A stretch of 64,000 nt of DNA from a virus (IMGVR_UViG_3300033182_000489:3945-67944), one strand, 5' to 3'. Positions 9,097 through 18,467 are shown, counted from the stretch's first letter. Made by a program: numbers and translations. The notes: a model not told the origin generated them from the letters alone.

Positions 9097-10047
9097 TCAG
9101 CACCACAACCGACACACCTGTGTGCCCTTGTCGAGCACCTGGAGGAGATGTGCGATGGCGAACCCGCTCTTGATCTCGTCGCCGGAGTACCTGAGCACGG
9201 TGTAGCCCATGTCGTACATCGCCAACGCCGTTGCTTCGTCGTCCGCCATCTTCACGGCGGGGTCGCCGTGGACGGCTCCTGGACCGTGGAACGCCACGCC
9301 GTCGCACAGCACGATAGCCTTGCTTGACCCCATGACGACCTTGATGTCGGCTTCCCGGCGGACCTTCTTCCCACCGACAGTCACGGTCATCCACTCGTTA
9401 CGACCACACGGCTCGACACCGCAGTCCCGCATCTGCTCCACGAACAGCCGCTCCAGACCGCTGCCGAGGCGGGCCTTCTCCCGGTTCTTGCGGGCAGTCC
9501 TCACCCTCCGCTTCCTCACCCTCCGCTTGTACTTGTCCTCGCTGCCGACCACCTGCACGACGAGTTCTCGCGCTGCGGTGTAGTCGAGTCCTGTGGCCAT
9601 GAGGTCACGGACACCACCACCGCTGGCGATGATGTCCGCCGCACTCTGTAGATGTTCCACGGGGTCAATCTTGGGCTTGTAGCCCACAGGCCACCGCGCC
9701 TTGCTGTTCCCGCACTTGGAGTGGGTGCGAGGGTCAGGCGTCTTGTCGAAGCGAAGTGCCTCGTACTTCCGCTTGCTCATGGTCTGCCGCAGCCGCTCAC
9801 ACCGAGGACATCGCTTGGAGTCCTTCAACCGCTTGTCGGTGATCTCAAACAGGTCACCGCACTTCCGGCACCGCAGGGTCGCCCGGTACTCGGCTCGCCA
9901 TGCGTGCCATCGTGCCTTGAAGGCTCGGTGTGCCTCGTCGGGGTTGTGCCTCTCCGAGAGGTGTAGACCGAGGGCGTTGTAGTTGCGGCTCACCTTCCCG
10001 CAGACCTCGCATGGTCCGAGGAAGGGAAGGGTATGGTCGTCCTGCAT
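9097..10047 (-). CDS. Zn-finger + Vsr/DUF559-like endonuclease (free-standing homing endonuclease candidate)
   Basis: C2H2 finger CEVC..HLSERH, CRKC..CPRC, C-terminal ADI..CDGVAFHG..D..GYTVLRY; ATG 10047 chosen by homology with the 24740 gene start. Confidence 0.75.
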   Translation of the reverse strand: MQDDHTLPFLGPCEVCGKVSRNYNALGLHLSERHNPDEAHRAFKARWHAWRAEYRATLRCRKCGDLFEITDKRLKDSKRCPRCERLRQTMSKRKYEALRFDKTPDPRTHSKCGNSKARWPVGYKPKIDPVEHLQSAADIIASGGGVRDLMATGLDYTAARELVVQVVGSEDKYKRRVRKRRVRTARKNREKARLGSGLERLFVEQMRDCGVEPCGRNEWMTVTVGGKKVRREADIKVVMGSSKAIVLCDGVAFHGPGAVHGDPAVKMADDEATALAMYDMGYTVLRYSGDEIKSGFAIAHLLQVLDKGTQVCRLWC

Positions 10048-10135
10048 GGTGAACCTCTGGTACAGGTTTGCTTTGCAGGAGGTCGGGTGTTGCAGCACTC
10101 GGCCTCCACCCTTCTGGGATCATAGGATCACTACC
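10027..10135 (-). repeat. Endonuclease-associated leader element, copy 1 (includes class B motif 10122-10135)
   Basis: Co-linear with 24720-24832; see findings. Confidence 0.75.
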
Positions 10136-10140
10136 GGGGG

Positions 10141-12255
10141 CTACTTCTTGCCGCCTCCAGCACCATACTGAATATGCTGCCACACGGGAGTCCTGCCCCT
10201 TTGTTCCCTTCCATCGGGAATCTTGGCAGCCTCGGACATCATCGGGGTTGCTTGATGCGAGTAGCCAACCGGGTACGGCTCGGCGTCCTCGCACGGTGCG
10301 TCTTCGGGGTTGCTGTAGCGGGTCTCAGGCCACGGGAGGCGTTCCAACTCGCCCATAGGCACCCGGTAGCGGATGTCGCCCGTGTCCAGGTAGCCGATGG
10401 CGAACGCTTGCTGGAGGATCAACCCACGCACCTGGGTCCGGCGCACAGGGCCTACAGCGTACCGCTCACCGTTCTGCTTCACGATGAAGTCCCGCTGGGA
10501 GAGCATCGGGGTCGGCCCGATCCAGACCTCGTACTGGTGCTCCAGTCGTCGTCCGTTGGGGGTCTGGGTCACGCGCCGGTCTGCGTCGTCCGGGGCGATG
10601 ATGATGTCGATGGGCCCCTCGTAGCCTCCCACGAACCCGGTGCCGTAGCACTCCAGACAGGTGTTGGAAGGCTGCTGGCTGTACTCTTGCAGCCGCTCGT
10701 CCCACACGCAGTCGCACTTGACCCCGGTGACCCTGCGGAGGAACAACTTCACACGCTCCCCACCCTGCTCCAGAATCCAGCGGTTCCGGCGCACAGCCTC
10801 ACGCCAGATGTAGTCGAACCGCTCGCTGTTCATCGGCGAGATGGGCTCGGTGTACCCCAGCGGAGTCTCGATCAGTCCGGTCGGACTCTCGCCCGTGGGG
10901 TCAATGGCGACCGTGGTGAGGCGGTAGAAGACCTTGTGTCGCTGGTCCAGGGTGTTGACCAGGGTGTCTCCCCGCTTCCAGTAGTAGTTGATGGTGACCA
11001 CGCTCGTCGCCGTGGGGGCGGTGAACGTGACCCACGACTCGGTGCTCGGATCCCACACCGGGGTCGTGTCGAGCGTGACCTGGCCGTTGGGGCCGAACAC
11101 GGCGGCCACGGGGGTCCGTGATCCGTCGATGTAGACCTCGACGTCGAAGGGTGAGTCAGCGGCGACGGCGTTCCCGGTGCGCTTGACCATGGGCCGATTT
11201 CTCGTCTGGAGCCGCCACACGTCCTTCTGGTTGGGGGCAGAGCCTCGGTAGATCCAGCCTGTGTCCCATGGGATCACCTCGCCGGTCGTCTCCACGATGT
11301 CCGTGCGGTCCCGGTAGAAGTTCGTCATCACCGGGATGCGGTTGACCCGGAAGTACGGGCCGCGCTCTCCGGTGTCGCTGCGGTAGACGTTGACCCCGAG
11401 GATCTGCCACTCGCTGTTGGACTTCCCCTCGCAGGGGACGCCTGTGCCGCCGGTCGTCTGAGAGTCGCTGAGGTCGAACGCCGTGGTGTTCGTCGTGGTG
11501 ATGGTGATCCCATCACCCATCGTCCCGTCCTGGAACGCGGCGATCAGCACGATGTCGCCGGACACCGTGGCCGACACGAAGCCCAGGTCGTTGGTGCTGT
11601 CGTTGATGGCAGCAGCGATGCTCTCGGCGGTGTTGAAGTTGGTCGGACCGACGCCGAAGTTCATCCCGCCCGCTGTCCGGGCCGCCTCGGCGGTCAGTAC
11701 CTGTCCGCCGATGGTCAGCGTGTCTGCGTCGAGGCCACCAGTGAAGGTGCTCCCGGATGCCGTGATCCTGTCGCTGTCGGACGACAGTGTGATCCCATCG
11801 CCGACCTCGCCCGGCGTGTCCGCCGTGAGAGAAATCACATTGAGCGCCGCCGTGGCTGAGGCGATGCCCCATGCTCCGACCGATCCGCTGTTGATGGCGT
11901 TGGCGATGTTGGCGGCTACGACTGCTGTGTCTCCAGAGGAGCCGTCGAACTCGTCGGGGCCGGGCGCTGCCGCCACCGACGTGAGCACGACACCGCCAAC
12001 CTCAATGGTGTCCCCCACAGCGATGGGAGCACCAGAGAGGGTGAACGTGGCCGTGGAGGCGGTGAGGACATCAGGGATGCCCGTCACCGTGATGGACACC
12101 GTGGCCCTCGTGGAGGGCGTAGACGGACCTGTCATCAGGGTCGAGGGGTCATCCCAACGGATGTCCGCATCGGACCCATGGAAAGAGGACATCGCCGTGC
12201 CGTTGGCCGGGGGCCACGGGAATGAACCCGATACTGGTTCCCAGCCAGCCGACAT
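10141..12255 (-). CDS. Virion structural protein (neck/head-completion-like)
   Basis: T/G/A-rich beta repeats; C-terminal WILEQGGERVKLFLRR..CDC..CLECYGTGFVGGY. Confidence 0.7.
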   Translation of the reverse strand: MSAGWEPVSGSFPWPPANGTAMSSFHGSDADIRWDDPSTLMTGPSTPSTRATVSITVTGIPDVLTASTATFTLSGAPIAVGDTIEVGGVVLTSVAAAPGPDEFDGSSGDTAVVAANIANAINSGSVGAWGIASATAALNVISLTADTPGEVGDGITLSSDSDRITASGSTFTGGLDADTLTIGGQVLTAEAARTAGGMNFGVGPTNFNTAESIAAAINDSTNDLGFVSATVSGDIVLIAAFQDGTMGDGITITTTNTTAFDLSDSQTTGGTGVPCEGKSNSEWQILGVNVYRSDTGERGPYFRVNRIPVMTNFYRDRTDIVETTGEVIPWDTGWIYRGSAPNQKDVWRLQTRNRPMVKRTGNAVAADSPFDVEVYIDGSRTPVAAVFGPNGQVTLDTTPVWDPSTESWVTFTAPTATSVVTINYYWKRGDTLVNTLDQRHKVFYRLTTVAIDPTGESPTGLIETPLGYTEPISPMNSERFDYIWREAVRRNRWILEQGGERVKLFLRRVTGVKCDCVWDERLQEYSQQPSNTCLECYGTGFVGGYEGPIDIIIAPDDADRRVTQTPNGRRLEHQYEVWIGPTPMLSQRDFIVKQNGERYAVGPVRRTQVRGLILQQAFAIGYLDTGDIRYRVPMGELERLPWPETRYSNPEDAPCEDAEPYPVGYSHQATPMMSEAAKIPDGREQRGRTPVWQHIQYGAGGGKK

Positions 12256-12256
12256 A

Positions 12257-12565
12257 TCAGTCCTCCTTGTCGATGATCACCTTCCCCTCGGGGGTGACAC
12301 GCCACTGAGCCCCCTCGGGGATGCCGAGGCGCGTGCCTTCCTGTCGGAGCAGGGTGTTCGCCTGGTTGTTCATCGCCGAGATCTCGTCAACGAGGGCGGC
12401 CTTGCGGACCTCCATGCGACCGATCTCCGCGACGAAGTGGTCGCTCCGGGCGCGGAACTGCTGGATGGCAGTCCACACTTCCTGGGAGACAGCCATCTCG
12501 TTGGTGGTCTCAGCCTTCGGCTTGGAGGTCTTCTTGCGGGTCTTGCGGGTTCGTGGGGTAGCCAT
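12257..12565 (-). CDS. Hypothetical coiled-coil protein
   Basis: AAGGAG RBS, 102 aa. Confidence 0.7.
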   Translation of the reverse strand: MATPRTRKTRKKTSKPKAETTNEMAVSQEVWTAIQQFRARSDHFVAEIGRMEVRKAALVDEISAMNNQANTLLRQEGTRLGIPEGAQWRVTPEGKVIIDKED

Positions 12566-12613
12566 GAGAAATGTCTCCTTTGGGGTTCCTCACACACTAC
12601 CCCGCCGATGCCG

Positions 12614-13453
12614 CTACTCCACCGCAGCCGCAGCGATCTGCATGGCTTCCCAATCCTGCTCCCACCCACGCGGACGCTTGCCGAGACGCCCGATGTAGAG
12701 CACCTCAGCCTTCGCGGGGTTGAACGAGCGGAAGGGGAAGCCCTCGGCGCACTGGTCCTGGGACGCACGCTGCTGGGCGAGGATGGAGAAGTAGAAGCCG
12801 TTGGCTCCGACCGCAGCCACGAAGACGTAGCCCGAGTAGTAGTTGAGGCTCCGCATCTGGCCACGAGCCTCACCGCGAGCGATGTACTCGGCAGCAATCT
12901 GCTTCTGCTCCTTGGGCGGCTTACGGCTGGGGTCAGACTTGTAGATGATCTCGATGGGGCCGTAGCCCTTCATCTTGGAGTAGTCGGTCGCCTTGTACAT
13001 GCCGACGTAGCGGGAACGCTGGGCGTTGGGGAACACGACCTCCTCGCTGCCGAACGCGACGGTGACCGGGGAGCCCTTGCTGCCGTCGCCTTCGTCCACG
13101 ACGATGCCGATGCGGCGGTCGTTGTCCCGGTAGACCTCGATGCCGTCGCCCTTGTGCTTCTCAGCCTTGATGCAGACGCGGTAGCCCTTCTGCCAGCGGG
13201 GGCCGGGCTTCTTCGACTTCTCGCCACCGACGCGGATGCCCAGACCCTTGATGAAGCCTTCGACCTCCTTCACGGGGATGGGGTTGCCCTCTTGAGAGGA
13301 GAGGATGTAGGACGCGAACACACCAGCATCGCCAGCGGCCTCCTTGTCGAACGCGGCCTTCTCCAGAAGGACGGTACGCTCGGAGGAGTTCTCGGGGAGC
13401 AGGTAGGCCAGCCGGGTCATGGCTGCGCGATGGGCATCGGTGAGTGCGGGCAT
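12614..13453 (-). CDS. Hypothetical protein (possible internal head protein)
   Basis: 279 aa, class B motif upstream. Confidence 0.7.
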   Translation of the reverse strand: MPALTDAHRAAMTRLAYLLPENSSERTVLLEKAAFDKEAAGDAGVFASYILSSQEGNPIPVKEVEGFIKGLGIRVGGEKSKKPGPRWQKGYRVCIKAEKHKGDGIEVYRDNDRRIGIVVDEGDGSKGSPVTVAFGSEEVVFPNAQRSRYVGMYKATDYSKMKGYGPIEIIYKSDPSRKPPKEQKQIAAEYIARGEARGQMRSLNYYSGYVFVAAVGANGFYFSILAQQRASQDQCAEGFPFRSFNPAKAEVLYIGRLGKRPRGWEQDWEAMQIAAAAVE

Positions 13454-13487
13454 GATGAAGTCTCCAGAAGATACCTGTGAGGTTCGT

Positions 13488-13501
13488 ATAGACCCACTAC
13501 C
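13488..13501 (-). promoter_or_regulatory. Class B motif
   Basis: GGTAG TGGGT CTAT. Confidence 0.6.
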
Positions 13502-13811
13502 GAGACGGGTGGGGGTGCCCTTGTAGGTGGTTGGTGATCTCGTCCAGGCTCCTGTTCACCGAGTCCACGTCACTGGCGATTTCTTCCAGCAGTCGGGTCT
13601 GCTCGGTGAGCGCCTGTTGCATCTCCTCTTGCTTCTCGACCAGCCCGGCCTCGGCGGGTTCCACCAGCCGGTACTGAGGCGGGGATTCGGGGGCGACGAC
13701 GGCGTCGGAGATCAGGGAGGTCTTGTAGAGGTTGAGAGACAGCACCAACAGGAGCACGATCCCCAGGGCGGCGCAGACCTTACCTCTCCAGAAGGATAGA
13801 GCGGATCTCAT
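13497..13811 (-). CDS. Membrane-anchored coiled-coil protein (lysis/spanin candidate)
   Basis: N-terminal TM helix followed by heptad-rich tail. Confidence 0.6.
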   Translation of the reverse strand: MRSALSFWRGKVCAALGIVLLLVLSLNLYKTSLISDAVVAPESPPQYRLVEPAEAGLVEKQEEMQQALTEQTRLLEEIASDVDSVNRSLDEITNHLQGHPHPSR

Positions 13812-14076
13812 CGAGCCTCCCGTTGGCAGTGTCGAGTTTCCCTTCCAGCCGGGCCAGGTGCAAAGCGTTTTCCTGCACCCGTTGGTCGATGTCGCGGATT
13901 TCTTCGATCCGTTCTTCCAGCCGGGCGATCTCGGCGTTGGATTGCTGGAGGAGCATGTCCCGCTGGGCGTTCTCCGTCTCCAACTTCACGATCCACAGGA
14001 GGGACGGGATCACGAGGATCACGAGGATGTCCTTCCCCCACTGTAGGGCTTTGGTTGTGGACGAGTTGTCTGCCAT
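13780..14076 (-). CDS. TM + coiled-coil protein (holin-like candidate)
   Basis: ILVILVIPSLLWIV then IARLEERIEE..LARLEGKLD; AAGGAG RBS. Confidence 0.65.
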   Translation of the reverse strand: MADNSSTTKALQWGKDILVILVIPSLLWIVKLETENAQRDMLLQQSNAEIARLEERIEEIRDIDQRVQENALHLARLEGKLDTANGRLDEIRSILLER

Positions 14077-14104
14077 GGATGCGCTCCTTGCATGTGGGCA
14101 GCGC

Positions 14105-14193
14105 ATAGTGAGGCTACCGGATGGTTGTGCGAGCATCGTGACCCCAGGGGGTACACCTGCTCTCACCCATGCACCGCGTATAGCGTGGCTACC
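14105..14193 (-). promoter_or_regulatory. Two tandem class B motifs (14105-14118, 14180-14193) flanking a hairpin
   Basis: GGTAG CCTCA CTAT and GGTAG CCACG CTAT. Confidence 0.6.
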
Positions 14194-14222
14194 GTCTGTC
14201 GATTTCTCGCCCAAACAAAGAG

Positions 14223-14261
14223 GTCGGCCCCGCGCTCCCGGTTGGGGAGCGCGGGGCCGAC
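14223..14261 (-). terminator. Intrinsic terminator after ligase
   Basis: 17-bp perfect stem GTCGGCCCCGCGCTCCC/GGGAGCGCGGGGCCGAC followed by CTCTTTGTTT on the minus strand. Confidence 0.85.
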
Positions 14262-14265
14262 GGGG

Positions 14266-16164
14266 TCAGACGCGCTGTCGCATGTCGTCCAGCCCGATGA
14301 TCTCGATGCCGAGGTCGCGGGCCTTCTTGGCCTTGCCGGACGTGCTGGTCGGGTCTTTGCAGACGAGGATGGTCACGTTCCGAGACACGGAGGACTTGAT
14401 GGTCCCACCCGCAGCCACGATGGACGCCTCCAGAGCCTTGTCACGGACGCCTGTGAAGCACACAGCCTGTCCGGCCATGGACGTGCCCGTGGGGGCCGCA
14501 GGAGCCTCGTGGGGGGCCGGGACGACGCCCACGGTGTGGAGGCCGATGATGACGTCCTTCCGGGCGTCAAAGCCTGCACGGAACGCCTTGGCCTTGTCCT
14601 GACCGAAGCCCGGCACAGCCGCCAACTCGTCCACCGAGGCGCGAGCCAGATGGTCGAGGGAGGTCATGCCAGCGGCGACCAACTTGCGGACCATCCGGCG
14701 ACCGCACAGCGGGATGCCGAGTGACCCGACGTAGGTCTCCAGCGGGAGCGTCTTGAGTCCGTTGAGCGAGTCGAGTGCTCGCTTGCCAGCCCCACCGACG
14801 CGCCGACCGTCCATCATCAGGTCACCGACCGGACCCGGCTGGAGCCGGTACAGGTCAGGGATGGTCTGGACCATCCCGGCATCGACTACCGCCGAGAGCA
14901 GCGCATCCCCGAAGTGAAGCACACCGACCTTGCTGATCCAGCGGCGCATGGCACCGAGAGTCTGGGCAGGGCAGGTCGCCTCGTTGGGGCAGCACAGGTA
15001 CTCGCCGACCATGTGGAGGGCGGTCCCGCACTCGGGGCACTCGCTCGGGGTCTCCAGCGGGCTTCCGTGCCTCTCTGGCAGCACACCCTCGACGTAGGGG
15101 ATCACGTCGTTGCGCCGGGACACGAGGATGCAATCGTCCTTGAACAGGCCGCACCCATCGGTCAGACGCTCGATGTTCGCCACGTTGTGGAGGCTCGCCT
15201 GCTTCACGGAAGCGCCAGCGAGGTCCACGGGGTCGAACTCGGCCACCGGGGTCACGCGACCCGTGTTGCCGACCTGCCAGCGGACGTTCCGCAGCGTCGT
15301 GCTCTGCGACTCGTGGGGGAACTTGTACGCGATGGAGCCAGCGGGGCGGTTGTTCCGCTCGCCAGCCAGCGTCCAGTCGTTGGTGTCGTTGATCACCACC
15401 ACCAGCCCGTCGATGTCGTAGGGCGTGGCGTCACGCTTCCCTTGGACGTAGCCCTCGTAGGCCATCTGGCAGGTGAGGAAGCCTGAAGCGGTGGCCCACT
15501 GGGGCACGGTGAAGCCGCCAGCGTCCAGCGAGGCCAACTCCTGCTCCTTGTGGGTCAGGGTGCCGACGTCCGGGATCATGCCGAAGGCGATGACGGTCAG
15601 GTGCTTGCACTTCGACGGGTCCGACTGGCGCTTCGCCGTGCCTGCCGCCGTGTTGCGGGGGTTGGACTCGCCGGGGAAGTGAGCCGCGAAGTCAGCCTTC
15701 GTGCAGACGATCTCGCCGCGCACCCAGCCAGACCACTGGCCGAGGTTGCTTGGGATGCCCTTCATCAGGCGGACGTTGCGGGTGATGTCCTCACCCGTGA
15801 TCCCGTCGCCACGGGTGATGGCTTGGGTCAGGGTGCCCTTGTCGAAGCGCAGCGCGATGGCGATGCCGTCGCACTTGTCCATGACAATGACCTCGGGGCT
15901 GTTGCCCACGATGTCGTTGAACCACTGGACCATGTCGTTCCGGTCCTGGGCCTTGTTCAATGACCCCATCGGGATGGAGTGCTTGACCTTGGTCCAGCCG
16001 GACACGGGGGCAGCGCCGACGTTGGCGAGGACGGGGTGGTTGGGGTCGAGCGCACGGAGGCTGTCCTCCAGCGCGTCGAACTCGGCGTCGGTCATGGTGG
16101 GCGTACCTGCGTAGTACGCCTTGCGGGCCTCCGTGATCGCGGAGGCGAGGGTTGCGGGGGTCAT
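14266..16164 (-). CDS. ligA: NAD+-dependent DNA ligase
   Basis: DAEFDAL, PMGSLNK, KCDG adenylation motif, TRGDG..GEDIT, VRGE, NPRN, IDGLV, GRVTPVA, ASLHN, C4 Zn finger, HhH, BRCT. Confidence 0.96.
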   Translation of the reverse strand: MTPATLASAITEARKAYYAGTPTMTDAEFDALEDSLRALDPNHPVLANVGAAPVSGWTKVKHSIPMGSLNKAQDRNDMVQWFNDIVGNSPEVIVMDKCDGIAIALRFDKGTLTQAITRGDGITGEDITRNVRLMKGIPSNLGQWSGWVRGEIVCTKADFAAHFPGESNPRNTAAGTAKRQSDPSKCKHLTVIAFGMIPDVGTLTHKEQELASLDAGGFTVPQWATASGFLTCQMAYEGYVQGKRDATPYDIDGLVVVINDTNDWTLAGERNNRPAGSIAYKFPHESQSTTLRNVRWQVGNTGRVTPVAEFDPVDLAGASVKQASLHNVANIERLTDGCGLFKDDCILVSRRNDVIPYVEGVLPERHGSPLETPSECPECGTALHMVGEYLCCPNEATCPAQTLGAMRRWISKVGVLHFGDALLSAVVDAGMVQTIPDLYRLQPGPVGDLMMDGRRVGGAGKRALDSLNGLKTLPLETYVGSLGIPLCGRRMVRKLVAAGMTSLDHLARASVDELAAVPGFGQDKAKAFRAGFDARKDVIIGLHTVGVVPAPHEAPAAPTGTSMAGQAVCFTGVRDKALEASIVAAGGTIKSSVSRNVTILVCKDPTSTSGKAKKARDLGIEIIGLDDMRQRV

Positions 16165-16394
16165 GCCAGCACCTCCTGCACCCGCCACCAGCCGGGGCCG
16201 ATGGGGTCGGTGTCAGCGCGGACGAGGACGAGGGTGCTCTCGCCCAGCCCGCGCAGGAAGGTGGTGTGCTGCTCGTCGTAGCCGTTGCCCTTGCTGCGGA
16301 GCAGGGTGTCGGCGGCGACGGTGAGGGTGGCGGGGCCGAAGTACTCGACCCCGAAGGCCGCGCACTGGTCGTGGTCGGTGTAGATGATGTCCAT
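16161..16394 (-). CDS. Small hypothetical protein
   Basis: AGGAG RBS; stop overlaps the ligase ATG. Confidence 0.65.
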   Translation of the reverse strand: MDIIYTDHDQCAAFGVEYFGPATLTVAADTLLRSKGNGYDEQHTTFLRGLGESTLVLVRADTDPIGPGWWRVQEVLA

Positions 16395-16405
16395 GGTGGT
16401 GTCTC

Positions 16406-16891
16406 CTACGCGCACAGGTCGTACTGTGCGCGGATGCGGTTGGCGTCCTCGACGGCCATCTGGCAGACCAGACGGCCCTTGTGGTCCGTGGCGATGCCAT
16501 CGGAGTCGATGTGGGCGATGGTGTTGAAGGGGGCGGGCATGGTCGCAGCCCACTCGGAGAGGGGCGGCAGAGCAGCCGGGGTCGCAGCCGGGGGCTTCGC
16601 CACGCGCTGGAAGATCTTGTAGTAGCCCTTGGCTTCCTTGCTACGGGCGCGCTCCAGCGCGTCGTAGACGCTGATGCCCTTGTTGCGGGTCTGCCCGCAG
16701 GTTCCGATCTTGCCGAAGCGGATCTGGATGGGCGCACCGCGCCGGGGGCGCTCGATGCACCAAAACTTGTGCGAGCGGAGGGAGGCGTTGTTGTGGTTGT
16801 AGCCGCTGTACTCGTAGTGGACGGCGAACTTGCGTCCGTCGTGGACGGCAGCGAACAGGGCGTTGTCGTCGGCGTCAATCATCAGGGTCAT
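16406..16891 (-). CDS. WGR-domain protein
   Basis: SHKFWCI..IRFGKIGTCGQ..SKEAKGY matches the WGR pattern (FGK variant). Confidence 0.7.
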   Translation of the reverse strand: MTLMIDADDNALFAAVHDGRKFAVHYEYSGYNHNNASLRSHKFWCIERPRRGAPIQIRFGKIGTCGQTRNKGISVYDALERARSKEAKGYYKIFQRVAKPPAATPAALPPLSEWAATMPAPFNTIAHIDSDGIATDHKGRLVCQMAVEDANRIRAQYDLCA

Positions 16892-16908
16892 GGGGTCTCC
16901 TTGCGCGC

Positions 16909-17220
16909 TCAATGCGCGTCGGGGTGGTGTGGATGTGGGAAGGGGATGACGTTGGACCCCTCACAACGAGGGGCCTCTATGGAGTGACGGGAGCCGGATT
17001 CCGCTCCAACCAGAGGGGGCGAAAAAACCGGCTGCGCCCGGTGCCACGCATCGAACGCAGCACACAGATGGATGACCCAGCCGAACAGCCCGAACGAGAC
17101 CGCCCAGGTGAACAGGGCGAGCAGTCCGAAGTAGACCGCCCGGCCCGGTCGCCCGGTGAGCAGTTGGCCGAGGCCGGGGAGGAACAGGGAGCAGACCCCA
17201 GCGGAAGCGGGATCAAGCAC
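16909..17220 (-). CDS. Small membrane protein (TM2-like)
   Basis: SLFLPGLGQLLTGR..hydrophobic..AAFDAW. Confidence 0.6.
   Translation of the reverse strand: MLDPASAGVCSLFLPGLGQLLTGRPGRAVYFGLLALFTWAVSFGLFGWVIHLCAAFDAWHRAQPVFSPPLVGAESGSRHSIEAPRCEGSNVIPFPHPHHPDAH
16987..17012 (-). promoter_or_regulatory. Class A (early-like) motif TGGTTGGAGCG-N11-CCGT
   Basis: TGGTTGGAGCG GAATCCGGCTC CCGT upstream of the WGR-ligase unit. Confidence 0.7.
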
Positions 17221-17815
17221 CCTGGACCTCCTGAGCCACGAGCCACTCCAGCACCCGCCGCCAGCGGTCGGCGATGTCGCGCTGGACGCTCTCGACGGAG
17301 CCACTGAGCAGGAGTTCCGGCTCCTCGCGGAGGGCCTCGACGAAGCGGGCCTGCATACGGACCTGGACAGCCACGAGGACTGCCGGGGGCAGTGCGAGGA
17401 TCGCGGCGTCGTCCTCGTCGATCTCGCCGTCCTCGCGGGCGTCGATGATGGCCTGCCGGGTCGCCTCGATGGTCTCCTCGGCGGTCGCGTCGAAGGACGG
17501 AGCCGTCGCCATGGCGACGAAGCCCGACCCAGCGAGTTCAAGGGCGCGGGACAGACAGTCCCGGAAGTCGTGCCCCTTCATGAAGGGGGCGAGGCTGCGC
17601 CACTCAGCGATGGCGTCCCCGACCATGTGCCAGGGAGCGAAGTCGCGGCCCTGACCCCAGCGGGTCTTCCACTCGATGGTGGTGGTCATGAAGCGGACCA
17701 CGGCTTCGCGGTCTGCGGGGGAAACGCTGGTCTCCCCCGTGTAGGAAAGGGTGGGAAGGCGGCGAGCGGTCGCCGCGATGTGGTCGGCGGCGCGGTCGAA
17801 GGGTTGAACAGTCAT
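17213..17815 (-). CDS. Hypothetical protein
   Basis: GGAG RBS, class A motif upstream. Confidence 0.7.
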   Translation of the reverse strand: MTVQPFDRAADHIAATARRLPTLSYTGETSVSPADREAVVRFMTTTIEWKTRWGQGRDFAPWHMVGDAIAEWRSLAPFMKGHDFRDCLSRALELAGSGFVAMATAPSFDATAEETIEATRQAIIDAREDGEIDEDDAAILALPPAVLVAVQVRMQARFVEALREEPELLLSGSVESVQRDIADRWRRVLEWLVAQEVQGA

Positions 17816-17872
17816 GGTGTCTCCGTTGGCCCCATGGGGGCGCGGGTGAAGGGAAGGGGTCTCACAGTAGGT

Positions 17873-17979
17873 ACGGGAACCGAGCGCCGCTCCAACCACC
17901 GAGGGCGAAAAAACATTTCTGTCCGGGCATTTCGGACTTTTCGGAGGGTCGCTTGGTTGGAGCGTCGGTGGGCTTCCGT
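17873..17979. promoter_or_regulatory. Divergent pair of class A motifs (17873-17898 minus; 17954-17979 plus)
   Basis: Both TGGTTGGAGCG-N11-CCGT, pointing outward. Confidence 0.75.
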
Positions 17980-18056
17980 CTCTCTACGAGGGGGTCGATC
18001 CTGACCCCTGCTCAACCACCCCGTGCCGCACCGAGCGGCCAACACTGGAGTCCCCC

Positions 18057-18467
18057 ATGAACACCACCTTCAACGTCGGCGACATCGTGATCTTCGGTCG
18101 CCCCAACGGCGAGCAGACCCGTGGCCGGGTCGTTCGCGTCAACCGCAAGTCCATCAGCATCGAGCAGGTCGAGGTGCGCGGATCCCAGCGCATCCGCCAG
18201 GCCGGAACGAAGTGGCGCGTCCACCCGTCCTTCGTCCGTCTCGCCGACGGCCCGGCTCCCGCTCCGAAGGCGAAGCGCCCGGACAGCGAGATCCTGTCGG
18301 ACCTGCGCCGGGTCGAGAGCGGCCTGTCCCCCGAAAACCTGTGGTGGGACGGAGAGCGTTCCGCCTCTCAGGCCCGTGCCGCCGAGCGTCGGCTCAACGC
18401 TGAAAAGCGTCGGCTCCTCCGGGAGTTGGGCCGCACCCCCACCTTCGCCGAGACGTGGGGGCTGTGA
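18057..18467 (+). CDS. Hypothetical protein (SH3-like N-terminus)
   Basis: FNVGDIVIF..GRVVRVNRKSI; C-terminal LSPENLWWDGE. Confidence 0.7.
   Translation: MNTTFNVGDIVIFGRPNGEQTRGRVVRVNRKSISIEQVEVRGSQRIRQAGTKWRVHPSFVRLADGPAPAPKAKRPDSEILSDLRRVESGLSPENLWWDGERSASQARAAERRLNAEKRRLLRELGRTPTFAETWGL

Noticed and set aside
10027-10135. Endonuclease genes as group I or group II intron ORFs
   Set aside because: Flanking genes look complete and no intron core elements or shared 3' structure were recognisable
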